From contig JALUTT010000150.1 in NCBI GenBank assembly GCA_027021705.1, positions 1 to 25,097 on the forward strand: a stretch of DNA of 25,097 nucleotides, in the 5' to 3' direction. The DNA comes from Anaerolineae bacterium. GTDB lineage: Bacteria; Chloroflexota; Anaerolineae; S140-20. Each line of letters starts with the position of its first letter. Positions within the stretch are counted from its first letter, which is position 1. The position numbers and the translations under genes were made by a program. This document shows positions 7,215 through 15,129 of this stretch, piece after piece. The notes below the pieces were generated by a model, which did not search any database, was not told where the DNA came from, and worked only from the letters and a program-made list of their open reading frames with translations.

Positions 7215-8630
7215 ATGATTCCCGTGGAAACGGTCCGCCGGGTCCTGGCCGAGGCCCTGCGCAACGGTGGGGACCTGGCCGAGGTCTACCTGGAGAGCAA
7301 GGAAACGCTCGGCTTGAGCCTGGACGATGGCCGGCTGGAACGGGCGATCCGGGGGAACGATGTCGGAGGCGGGGTGCGCGTCTTCTACGGCGAGACGGCT
7401 GCCTACGCCTACACCGACGACCTGAGCGAGCCGGCGCTGCTGGAGGCCGCCCGGGCCGCCGCTGCCGCCGCTCGCGGGACCGGCGCGCCCCGCGTCCTCG
7501 TGGACCTGACCCGCCGCCAGAGCCCACTCTCCTTCCCCATCGAAAAGCCCTTCGAGGCCCTGAGCGAGGGAGAGAAAGCGGCCCTGTTGCACCGGATGGA
7601 CGAGACGGCCCGCCGCCACAGCCCCTACGTCACCCAGGTCCAGGCCGGCTACCACCAGCTCCGCCGTCGCGTCTGGGTCTTCAACTCTGAGGGGCTGTGG
7701 GCCGAGGACGACCGCCAGATCCTGGAGTTCCGCATCGCCGTCACGGCCCAGCGCAACGGCGTCCTGCAGCGGATCGGCAGCGGCGTTGGAGGCCAGATGG
7801 GGCTGGAACTGCTGGATCGGGACGATCCGGTAGCCCTGGCCCGCGAGGTGGCCGAATCGGCGGTGATCATGCTCGACGCCCGACCGGCCCCGGCGGGCGA
7901 GATGACCGTCGTCATCACCAACGGCTGGGGCGGCGTCCTCTTCCACGAAGCCTGTGGCCACGCGATGGAGGCCGACTTCGTCACCAAGGGCACCTCGGCC
8001 TACACGGGGATGGTGGGGGAGCGGGTCGCCTCCCCCCTCGTCACGGCCGTGGACGACGCCACGCTGCCGGGCCGGCGGGGCTCCTTCCGCTTCGACGACG
8101 AGGGAACGCCGGCCCAACGCACCGTGCTCATCGAAGAGGGGGTCCTGCGGGAGTACATGTGGGACCTGACGGAGGCCCGGCGGGTGGGGCGCACCTCCAC
8201 CGGCAACGGCCGGCGGCAGTCCTTCCGCCACATGCCGATGCCCCGGATGACCAACACCTTCATCGCCCCGGGGCCTCACGACCCCGAGGAGATCATCCGC
8301 TCCGTCCGGCGGGGCCTCTTCGTCAAGCGGCTGGGGGGCGGCCAGGCCGACATCGCCCGGGGCGACTTCGTCTTCAGCGTCACCGAGGGCTACCTGATCG
8401 AAAACGGACGGCTGACCGCGCCCGTTCGGGGAGCCACCCTGGTCGGCAACGGCCCCCAGGTGCTGCGCCAGATTGACATGGTGGGCACCGACTGGGCGCT
8501 GGATCGGGGGATGGGGATGTGCGGCAAAGGGCAGGTCGCCCGCGTCAGCGTGGGCCAGCCCACCATCCGCGTCCCCAAGCTCACCGTCGGCGGCACGGAT
8601 CAGACGATCACCGGACAGATGGGGGTGTGA
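7215..8630 (+). CDS. tldD: TldD metalloprotease subunit
   Basis: HEACGH zinc motif, FDDEGTP, TGNGRRQSFRHMPMPRMTNT, CGKGQ..VSVGQPT; GAGGAG RBS. Confidence 0.95.
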   Translation: MIPVETVRRVLAEALRNGGDLAEVYLESKETLGLSLDDGRLERAIRGNDVGGGVRVFYGETAAYAYTDDLSEPALLEAARAAAAAARGTGAPRVLVDLTRRQSPLSFPIEKPFEALSEGEKAALLHRMDETARRHSPYVTQVQAGYHQLRRRVWVFNSEGLWAEDDRQILEFRIAVTAQRNGVLQRIGSGVGGQMGLELLDRDDPVALAREVAESAVIMLDARPAPAGEMTVVITNGWGGVLFHEACGHAMEADFVTKGTSAYTGMVGERVASPLVTAVDDATLPGRRGSFRFDDEGTPAQRTVLIEEGVLREYMWDLTEARRVGRTSTGNGRRQSFRHMPMPRMTNTFIAPGPHDPEEIIRSVRRGLFVKRLGGGQADIARGDFVFSVTEGYLIENGRLTAPVRGATLVGNGPQVLRQIDMVGTDWALDRGMGMCGKGQVARVSVGQPTIRVPKLTVGGTDQTITGQMGV

Positions 8631-8631
8631 G

Positions 8632-9978
8632 ATGGACTACCTGCAACTGGCGGAAGATGTGGTGAAGCGCGTGGCCGCCCAGGGCGCAGAGGCCGAGGCC
8701 TACATCGTCGTGGGCCGGGAGAGCCAGGTCCAGGTGGATCAGGGCAAGGTGGAAAAGCTCTCCCACGCCGGCAGCAAGGGGCTGGGCGTGCGCGTCATCG
8801 TCAACGGGCGGATGGGCTACGCCTACACCTCCGACTTCTCGGCTGCCAGCATCGAGGAGACGTGGCGGGCGGCCCTCGCCCTGGCCCGGGCTGCCGATCC
8901 CGACGAGCACCGGGTGCTGCCCGATCCCCAGCCGATCCCCGACGAGGACCTGGAGGTCTTCGACCCGGCCCTGGAGCAGGTGCCGATGGAGGAGAAGATC
9001 GCCTTCGCCCTAGCCGTGGAGGAGGCGACCTTGGGGGCCGACCCCCGCGTCGCGCTGACCAACCGGTGCACCTACGCCGACAGCGTCGCCAGCGTCTACC
9101 TGGTCAACTCGCGGGGCTTCGCCGGCCACTACCGGCACAGCTTTGCCGTCAGCTACGTCATCGCCATCGGACGGGATGGGGAGGAGCAGACGATGGCTTT
9201 CGGGCTGGACGCCTCCCCCTTCCTGGCCGACCTGGACCCCCAGGCGATTGGACAGGAGGCCGGGGAGAAGGCAGCCCGGCTCCTGGGCGGACAACCGGTG
9301 CCGACCCAGGAGGGGACCGTCGTCTTCTCGCCCATCGCCACGGCGGAGCTGGTGGGGGCGCTGGCCCAGGCCCTCACCGCCGAGGCGATGCAGCGGGGGC
9401 GGTCCTTCCTGTTGGGCAAGATGGGGCAGGACGTGGCCTCAGACGTGGTCAGCCTGCTGGACAACGGCCGGCTGCGCCGGGGGCTGGCCTCGGCTCCTTT
9501 CGATGGGGAGGGGGTTCCCACCCGGGCCACCCGCTTGGTGGACGAAGGGGTGCTCCAGGCCGTGCTCTACGACACCTACACGGCCCACCGGGAGGGCCGT
9601 GCCAGCACAGGCAACGCGGCCCGTTCCTCCCACCGCACACCGCCTACCCTGGCCCCCACCAACTTCTACCTCCAGCCGGGATCGCTCTCGCCGGAGGAGA
9701 TCATCGCCGGCGTGGAGCAGGGGCTCTACGTCCTCAGCACGATGAACACGGGGGGCATCAACCCCGTCAGCGGCGACTACTCGGTGGCGGCGCGGGGGCT
9801 CTGGATCGAGAAAGGGCGGCTGACCTACCCGGTCAACGAGGTCACCGTGGCCGCGCCTCTGGAGCGGCTGCTGAAACAGGTGCAGGCGGTGGGGAACGAC
9901 CTGCGCTTCGTCCCTTTCGGCGGCATCTTCGGCGGGCCGACGATCCGGGTGGACGGGATGACCATCGGAGGCCGGTAG
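8632..9978 (+). CDS. pmbA: TldE/PmbA subunit
   Basis: PFDGEGVP, STGNA, NPVSGDYS, PVNEVT; no HExxxH motif; ATG 1 nt after the tldD stop. Confidence 0.92.
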   Translation: MDYLQLAEDVVKRVAAQGAEAEAYIVVGRESQVQVDQGKVEKLSHAGSKGLGVRVIVNGRMGYAYTSDFSAASIEETWRAALALARAADPDEHRVLPDPQPIPDEDLEVFDPALEQVPMEEKIAFALAVEEATLGADPRVALTNRCTYADSVASVYLVNSRGFAGHYRHSFAVSYVIAIGRDGEEQTMAFGLDASPFLADLDPQAIGQEAGEKAARLLGGQPVPTQEGTVVFSPIATAELVGALAQALTAEAMQRGRSFLLGKMGQDVASDVVSLLDNGRLRRGLASAPFDGEGVPTRATRLVDEGVLQAVLYDTYTAHREGRASTGNAARSSHRTPPTLAPTNFYLQPGSLSPEEIIAGVEQGLYVLSTMNTGGINPVSGDYSVAARGLWIEKGRLTYPVNEVTVAAPLERLLKQVQAVGNDLRFVPFGGIFGGPTIRVDGMTIGGR

Positions 9979-9982
9979 CGGA

Positions 9983-10753
9983 ATGTCCTGGGGAAGCGAC
10001 CTGCCGCTGTACGCGCTGCAGGCCCGGCTGCTGGAACTCTATCGGGCGGACCGGGCGGAGGAGATCGGCTTCTGGGCCTGGCTGGCAGGCGATTACGGCC
10101 TGCGGGTGGTGGACTGGGCAGCCGGAGCGGGGGAGATCGCCTGCGGCCTGGCCGCCCGGGGCTTCCAGGTCACGGGGGTGGAACGGCGTCCCGAGTGGCT
10201 GGCCCTGGCCGAGGAGCGGGCCGAGGCGTTGCCCCCCGAGGCCCGGCCCCGCTGGGTGGAGGGTGAGGTGACGGCAACCCGGCTGCGGGACCGCTTCGAC
10301 TTCGCCCTGCTGACCGACGACGCCTTTGGCCGCCTCCCCGACGCCGAAGCCCGACGGCAGGCCCTGCGCACCATCTTCCTGCACCTGCGGCCCGGCGGGG
10401 GGATGGCCCTGGTCCTGACGCCGCCGCCGCTGCTGCCGGTAGACGAAGGTCTCCACCCGGTTCCCCGACTGCGGCCCCTGCCGGACGGCGTGCAGGTCGA
10501 GCGGTTCCGCCGCTATCGCTACGAGGAGGACATCCGTCGTCTCTTCGTGGAGGAGGTGCTGGAGGTGAGGGAGGGGGGGCACACGCGCCGGGTCCAGTGG
10601 CGCTACGAGGTGCAGCTCTTCACCCCCGACGCCATCTTCCGGCTGCTGCGCATCGTCGGCTTCACCGCCATCGGCCTCTTCGGCGGCTGGGATGGTCGGC
10701 CCTGGCGGCCTGGATCGCCGGCCTGGATCGTGCGGGCTGAGCGTCCGCTGTAG
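9983..10753 (+). CDS. Class I SAM-dependent methyltransferase
   Basis: VVDWAAGAGE (motif I variant), VTGVE, HLRPGG; starts 4 nt after the tldE stop. Confidence 0.85.
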   Translation: MSWGSDLPLYALQARLLELYRADRAEEIGFWAWLAGDYGLRVVDWAAGAGEIACGLAARGFQVTGVERRPEWLALAEERAEALPPEARPRWVEGEVTATRLRDRFDFALLTDDAFGRLPDAEARRQALRTIFLHLRPGGGMALVLTPPPLLPVDEGLHPVPRLRPLPDGVQVERFRRYRYEEDIRRLFVEEVLEVREGGHTRRVQWRYEVQLFTPDAIFRLLRIVGFTAIGLFGGWDGRPWRPGSPAWIVRAERPL

Positions 10754-10789
10754 TGCGTCCGCCCCCTCCCGGTCATCGGAGGGATGGCC

Positions 10790-11242
10790 TCACAGCACGT
10801 CTTCCGGGTGGGACAGTCGGCGCAGCCAGGGCACCTGATCGAAATCGGCGTCAAAACTGGCGATGGCGAGGATGCCCCGCTCGCGGCAGGCCAGGGCGAT
10901 GAGGGCGTCGTGGAAGTTCAGGGCACCTGAGGAGGAGCGGACGAGGTCGAGCACCGCCGGGTACAGACGGGGCACGTCGGGCAGGATCCAGGTGATGGCC
11001 TCGGCAGGTACATGGACGTTCAGTCGGTCAAGCAGGGGGGCCACATCGGCCAGACGGCCCTTTTCGCGCAGACGACGGACAGCGACGCTGGTGGACTCGG
11101 CAACCACGCAGTCGAGGTAGAGGCCCGTATGCCCGGCGGCTTTGATAGCCCCCCACAAAGCCACGGCCTGTTCATGCCACAGATCGTTGGGGACAAGCAG
11201 GCCAACCAGCACCGATGAGTCAATGACTACGTCCAAGATCAC
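10790..11242 (-). CDS. vapC: PIN-domain (VapC-like) toxin
   Basis: Acidic tetrad in VVIDSS, VVAES, FHDAL, SFDADF; GTGA overlap with the upstream gene. Confidence 0.9.
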   Translation of the reverse strand: MILDVVIDSSVLVGLLVPNDLWHEQAVALWGAIKAAGHTGLYLDCVVAESTSVAVRRLREKGRLADVAPLLDRLNVHVPAEAITWILPDVPRLYPAVLDLVRSSSGALNFHDALIALACRERGILAIASFDADFDQVPWLRRLSHPEDVL

Positions 11243-11544
11243 ACCTCGTCGTAGAGAGCTTCGGTATCGGCCAGAGCATCCCCTCCCACAGGGGGCATGA
11301 TGCCGACCAGACCGTCTAGCGAGGAAGCCGGCACCGGCACGGTTGGATAAAGATAAGGCGGCTTCTCCTCTTGTTGTTCTTGTTCAGGAGCAGTCACGAC
11401 CGGCTGGCCCCGCCGGGCCTGCTCGTGCAGGAACTCGACGAACCGCTCCACGACGACCACGCTCGCCGGCGGCAGCTCGTCAAGCAGGGAAAGCAAGCGT
11501 TCGTAAGAGGTTCGCGTTGCTGTCTTCTGAGGATTCGCGCTCAT
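11239..11544 (-). CDS. Putative antitoxin (DUF2281-like N-terminus)
   Basis: Small gene coupled to the PIN gene; LDELPP...VERFVEFL motif; acidic C-terminus. Confidence 0.75.
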   Translation of the reverse strand: MSANPQKTATRTSYERLLSLLDELPPASVVVVERFVEFLHEQARRGQPVVTAPEQEQQEEKPPYLYPTVPVPASSLDGLVGIMPPVGGDALADTEALYDEV

Positions 11545-11583
11545 AGCGGAGGCCTCCCGCGATGCTCAAAGGGCTGAAAGTTG

Positions 11584-11705
11584 GTACCTGTTCACCCTCC
11601 CACAGGTTAGGCGCGTTTCCGACGCGAAACCGTGCTTCCAATAGCCCATCGGGGCTGAAAGCGCCCTCGACCGGTGACCTGTGGGAGGGTAGGCTGAATA
11701 GATAC
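11584..11705 (-). mobile_element. 122-bp MITE-like element, copy 1
   Basis: Ends GTACCTGTTCACCCTCCCACAGGT...ACCTGTGGGAGGGTAGGCTGAATAGATAC; flanks gaaagttg / gaaagttt. Confidence 0.85.
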
Positions 11706-11722
11706 GAAAGTTTCTTCAACAG

Positions 11723-11751
11723 AGTATACTACACGCCCAGGGGAGCGTCAA
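11723..11751 (-). promoter_or_regulatory. Promoter TTGACG-N17-TATACT for the toxin-antitoxin operon
   Basis: Minus strand TTGACG ctcccctgggcgtgtag TATACT. Confidence 0.8.
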
Positions 11752-11765
11752 ACCGGCGCTTGCTT

Positions 11766-11918
11766 TGGTGATTGCCCATAAGTGAGCGAGGAGATGGGCT
11801 GCGGTAGGCCGTCCGCGAATTTCTCACGAATGCACGATGGAGCGGTTCCTCGTTCTTGTATTCGTGCCCCATTCGCGGGCGGCTGATCTCCCTATCCCCA
11901 GGATATGGGTAATCACCA
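11766..11918 (+). other. 153-nt nested inverted-repeat (rod-like hairpin) element; ncRNA or a second MITE-like element
   Basis: Stems 11766-80/11904-18, 11790-95/11886-91, 11807-20/11871-84, 11825-34/11857-66. Confidence 0.7.
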
Positions 11919-11974
11919 GACCTGCTGTGAGCGTATCAAATTGGGGACATACAGGTAGCCGAAATTGGCCTCCC

Positions 11975-12003
11975 TTGTCGGACCAGCCAATCCGTGGTAT
12001 AAT
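11975..12003 (+). promoter_or_regulatory. rplS promoter TTGTCG-N17-TATAAT (extended -10)
   Basis: TTGTCG gaccagccaatccgtgg TATAAT. Confidence 0.85.
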
Positions 12004-12111
12004 CGCCCTCCGCTGCTGAGGCGCTCCCCGGGGGGAGAATTCCTCCCTAGCGGAGGAGCAGGCAGCGGACTCGCAATGCTGCGAAATCCCACACCTCTAC
12101 GGACAGAGACG

Positions 12112-12462
12112 ATGGACCTGATCGAAACCCTGAATCGGCAACTGAAACCCAACCCCAACATTCCGGAGATCCGCCCTGGCGACGTCGTGCGCGTTCACGC
12201 CCGCATCGTGGAAGGGAACCGGGAGCGCGTCCAGGTCTTCCAGGGGACCGTCATACGGGTGCGCAAAGGCGGGGCCGGTGCCAGCTTCACCGTGCGGCGC
12301 ATCGCCTCCCACGGCGTCGGGGTAGAGCGCACTTTCCCCTTCCACTCTCCCCGCCTAGAGAAGGTCGAACTGCTCCGCCGCAGCCACGTGCGCCGGGCCA
12401 AGCTCTACTACCTGCGGGAGCGACGGGGTAAGGCTGCCCGCCTGCGGGAGAAGCGCTTCTAG
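12112..12462 (+). CDS. rplS: 50S ribosomal protein L19
   Basis: [53 protein letters not shown]. Confidence 0.98.
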   Translation: MDLIETLNRQLKPNPNIPEIRPGDVVRVHARIVEGNRERVQVFQGTVIRVRKGGAGASFTVRRIASHGVGVERTFPFHSPRLEKVELLRRSHVRRAKLYYLRERRGKAARLREKRF

Positions 12463-12474
12463 CCTGAACCGGGA

Positions 12475-13260
12475 ATGACTGCGCCCCTTATTGGAATCAC
12501 GACCGCGCACCGCCAGCGTCGCCACCCCCCTCCGGTGACGCTGGCAGCTATTCCGGCTACCTATGTGCAGGCGGTGGCCCAGGCCGGCGGCGTGCCCATC
12601 CTCATCCCTTTGGGTGTCGGGGAGGATGCGTTGGCAGTGCTGATAAGCCGGCTGGATGGGCTGCTCCTCCCCGGGGGTGAGGACGTGGAACCGGGGCTTT
12701 ATGGCGAGCCTCCGCACCCCCGCCTGGGCAAGGTGGACCCGGAGCGGGATCGGCTGGAGATCGCCGTAACCCGGTTGGCCCTCGATGCCCAGATCCCCAT
12801 CCTGGCCCTCTGCCGGGGGCACCAGGTGCTCAACGTGGCGCTGGGAGGGTCCCTCTATCAGGACATCCCCTCTCAGTGTCCGGAGGCCATCGTCCATCAG
12901 GCTCCAAACCACCAGAGGCTGGGGGCGAGCCACCTGATCACGGTGGATGCCGGCTCTCGGCTGGCTCAGATCATCGGCCCAGGCCCGATGGTGGTCAACA
13001 GCTTTCACCACCAAGCCATCAAAGCGTTGGCTCCGGGCCTGGTGGCGACGGCCTGGGCTCCTGATGGCCTCGTCGAAGCTGTCGAGATGCCTGACCACCC
13101 CTTCTGCCTGGGCGTTCAATGGCACCCGGAGGAGATGGTGCAGGACCACCCGCTGATGCGGTCGCTCTTCCGCGCCTTTATCGCCGCCTGCCGCCCTAGC
13201 AGCCTAGCGGTTGGCGGTGGACTGAGGACCAAGGACCAGGGACCGAGGACTGAGGACTAA
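12475..13260 (+). CDS. Class I glutamine amidotransferase, PuuD / peptidase C26 family
   Basis: LLLPGGEDV, ALCRGHQ (catalytic Cys), VNSFHHQA, GVQWHPE. Confidence 0.92.
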   Translation: MTAPLIGITTAHRQRRHPPPVTLAAIPATYVQAVAQAGGVPILIPLGVGEDALAVLISRLDGLLLPGGEDVEPGLYGEPPHPRLGKVDPERDRLEIAVTRLALDAQIPILALCRGHQVLNVALGGSLYQDIPSQCPEAIVHQAPNHQRLGASHLITVDAGSRLAQIIGPGPMVVNSFHHQAIKALAPGLVATAWAPDGLVEAVEMPDHPFCLGVQWHPEEMVQDHPLMRSLFRAFIAACRPSSLAVGGGLRTKDQGPRTED

Positions 13261-13267
13261 GGACCAA
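13219..13267 (+). repeat. Heptamer array, 7 units, GGAC(C/T)(A/G)A
   Basis: ggactga ggaccaa ggaccag ggaccga ggactga ggactaa ggaccaa. Confidence 0.9.
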
Positions 13268-13275
13268 GCAACCAC

Positions 13276-14103
13276 GTGGCCAAGCGACTCTCCAACCGCC
13301 CCATCGGTATCTTCGACTCCGGGGTGGGGGGGCTCTCCGTCTGGCGGGAGATCGTCCGCCAGCTTCCCCACGAAGATGTCCTCTACTTCGCCGATCAGGC
13401 TCACGTCCCCTACGGTCCTCGTCCTCTAAGCCAGGTTCGGGAGTTTGCCACGGCCATCACCCGCTTCATGCTGCACCAGGGCGTCAAGGTAATTGTGGTG
13501 GCCTGTAATACGGCTTCGGCGGCGGCCCTTCACCACTTGCGGGCCACCTTCCCCCAGGTCCCCTTCGTCGGGATGGAGCCGGCCATCAAGCCGGCCGCTC
13601 AGCAGACCCGCAGCGGCAAGGTGGCGGTCATCGCTACCCCTGCCACTTTCCAGGGGGCGCTCTTCGCCTCCTTGCTGGACCGCTTCGCCCGCCACGTCAC
13701 TGTGCTGCCCCAGGTCTGCCCCGGCCTGGTCGAGCAGGTGGAAGCCGGCCTGTTCGACAGCGCGGAGACGGAGGGGTTGCTGCGGCGCTACCTGGAACCC
13801 CTGGTGGCGGCCGGCGCCGACCAGCTCGTGCTGGGCTGTACCCACTACCCCTTCCTGCGCTCCACCATTGAGCGCATCGTTGGCCCTGCTGTCCAGGTGA
13901 TTGATCCCGCGCCTGCCGTGGCCCGCCAGACGGGCCGGGTTCTGGCCGCCCGGGGCTGGCTGAACAATGGCTATCGGTCTGGCCTCCACCGCTTCTACAC
14001 CAGCGGCGATCCGGATCGGTTCGCCTACCAGGTGCGTCGGCTGGTGGGAGATGAAGGGCCGGTCCATCCGGTTCGGTGGGAAGGGGGGGCGGTGGTAGCC
14101 TGA
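13276..14103 (+). CDS. murI: Glutamate racemase
   Basis: IGIFDSGVGGLSV, PYG, VVACNTAS, LVLGCTHYP. Confidence 0.97.
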   Translation: MAKRLSNRPIGIFDSGVGGLSVWREIVRQLPHEDVLYFADQAHVPYGPRPLSQVREFATAITRFMLHQGVKVIVVACNTASAAALHHLRATFPQVPFVGMEPAIKPAAQQTRSGKVAVIATPATFQGALFASLLDRFARHVTVLPQVCPGLVEQVEAGLFDSAETEGLLRRYLEPLVAAGADQLVLGCTHYPFLRSTIERIVGPAVQVIDPAPAVARQTGRVLAARGWLNNGYRSGLHRFYTSGDPDRFAYQVRRLVGDEGPVHPVRWEGGAVVA

Positions 14104-14131
14104 CGATAGCTGCTCTGAAGCATCGCATCCC

Positions 14132-14160
14132 TTGCCGAAACGGCCATCGTGTGGTAGGAT
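14132..14160 (+). promoter_or_regulatory. aroE promoter TTGCCG-N17-TAGGAT (extended -10)
   Basis: TTGCCG aaacggccatcgtgtgg TAGGAT. Confidence 0.65.
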
Positions 14161-14245
14161 ACATTCGAATCCCGCACGGCCCACTCGTCGCAGGGGCCGG
14201 TGGCCTTAGCCACCGGCCCCATCCGTATGGGCACAGGAGGATCCG

Positions 14246-15121
14246 GTGGATGGCACAACCCGTCTGGTCGGCATCATCGGCTGGCCCGTCGCCCACAGCC
14301 TGAGCCCGGCGATGCATAACGCCGCCTTCGCTGCCCTGGGGCTCAACTGGGCCTACGTCCCCCTCCCCGTCCCCCCAGGGGCCGTCGAGGATGCGCTGCG
14401 CGGGTTGAAGGCGCTGGGCTTCGCCGGAGCCAACGTCACCATCCCCCACAAGGAGGCCGTGATCCCCTACCTGGACGAGGTGACGCCGGCCGCCCGGGCG
14501 ATGGGTGCCGTCAACACCCTCCTGGTCCGCCGCGAGGACGGCACGGCCCGCCTGGTCGGCGACAACACCGACGCCATCGGCTTCCTGGAGGACCTGCAGG
14601 CCGCCGGCTTCGATCCTGCCGAGCGGTGCTGCCTCATCCTGGGGGCCGGGGGTGGGGCCAGGGCCGTCGTCTACGCCCTGGCCCAGGCCGGCGCCCAGGT
14701 CACCCTCCACAACCGCACGCCCCGGCGGGCCCAGGCCCTCGTACAGGCCCTGACCCCCCACCTGCCCGGTGCCTCCCTCACCGCCCTGCCCGCCGGCACC
14801 CGCCTGACCGACCTGGACCTCGCCGCCTTCGACCTGCTGGTCAACACCACGCCGGTGGGGATGTGGCCCCACCCGGAGGCCTCCCCCTGGCCCGAGGAAG
14901 TTCCCTTGCCCTCCCACCTGACCGTCTACGACCTGGTCTACCGGCCCGCCAAGACGCGGCTGCTCCGCCAGGCCCGCCGGGCAGGTGCCCGGGCCATCGG
15001 TGGGCTGGGGATGCTCCTCCGCCAGGGGGCCGCCGCCTTCACCCTCTGGACGGGAGAGCCCGCCCCCCTTGACGTGATGAGGGCTGCCCTCGAAGCCGCC
15101 CTCCGGGAGGCCCCTGCCTGA
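14246..15121 (+). CDS. aroE: Shikimate dehydrogenase
   Basis: GWPVAHSLSPAMHN, GANVTIPHKE, GAVNT, NTD, GAGGGARA, NTTPVGM, DLVY; AGGAGG RBS before GTG. Confidence 0.96.
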   Translation: MDGTTRLVGIIGWPVAHSLSPAMHNAAFAALGLNWAYVPLPVPPGAVEDALRGLKALGFAGANVTIPHKEAVIPYLDEVTPAARAMGAVNTLLVRREDGTARLVGDNTDAIGFLEDLQAAGFDPAERCCLILGAGGGARAVVYALAQAGAQVTLHNRTPRRAQALVQALTPHLPGASLTALPAGTRLTDLDLAAFDLLVNTTPVGMWPHPEASPWPEEVPLPSHLTVYDLVYRPAKTRLLRQARRAGARAIGGLGMLLRQGAAAFTLWTGEPAPLDVMRAALEAALREAPA

Positions 15122-15129
15122 GAGGCCCG

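Noticed and set aside
7020..8279. 753-aa ORF suggesting a giant TrmB fusion
   Set aside because: The N-terminal part is the antisense shadow of tldD plus translated heptamer repeats; TrmB similarity begins near 7019
10764..10783. Hairpin ccctcc...ggaggg between the convergent methyltransferase and vapC genes as a terminator
   Set aside because: The stem is short and has no U-tract on either strand, too weak to call
11562..12019. Small ORFs 11562..11771 and 11837..12019
   Set aside because: They are translations of the MITE, the hairpin element and promoter DNA, with no protein-like features
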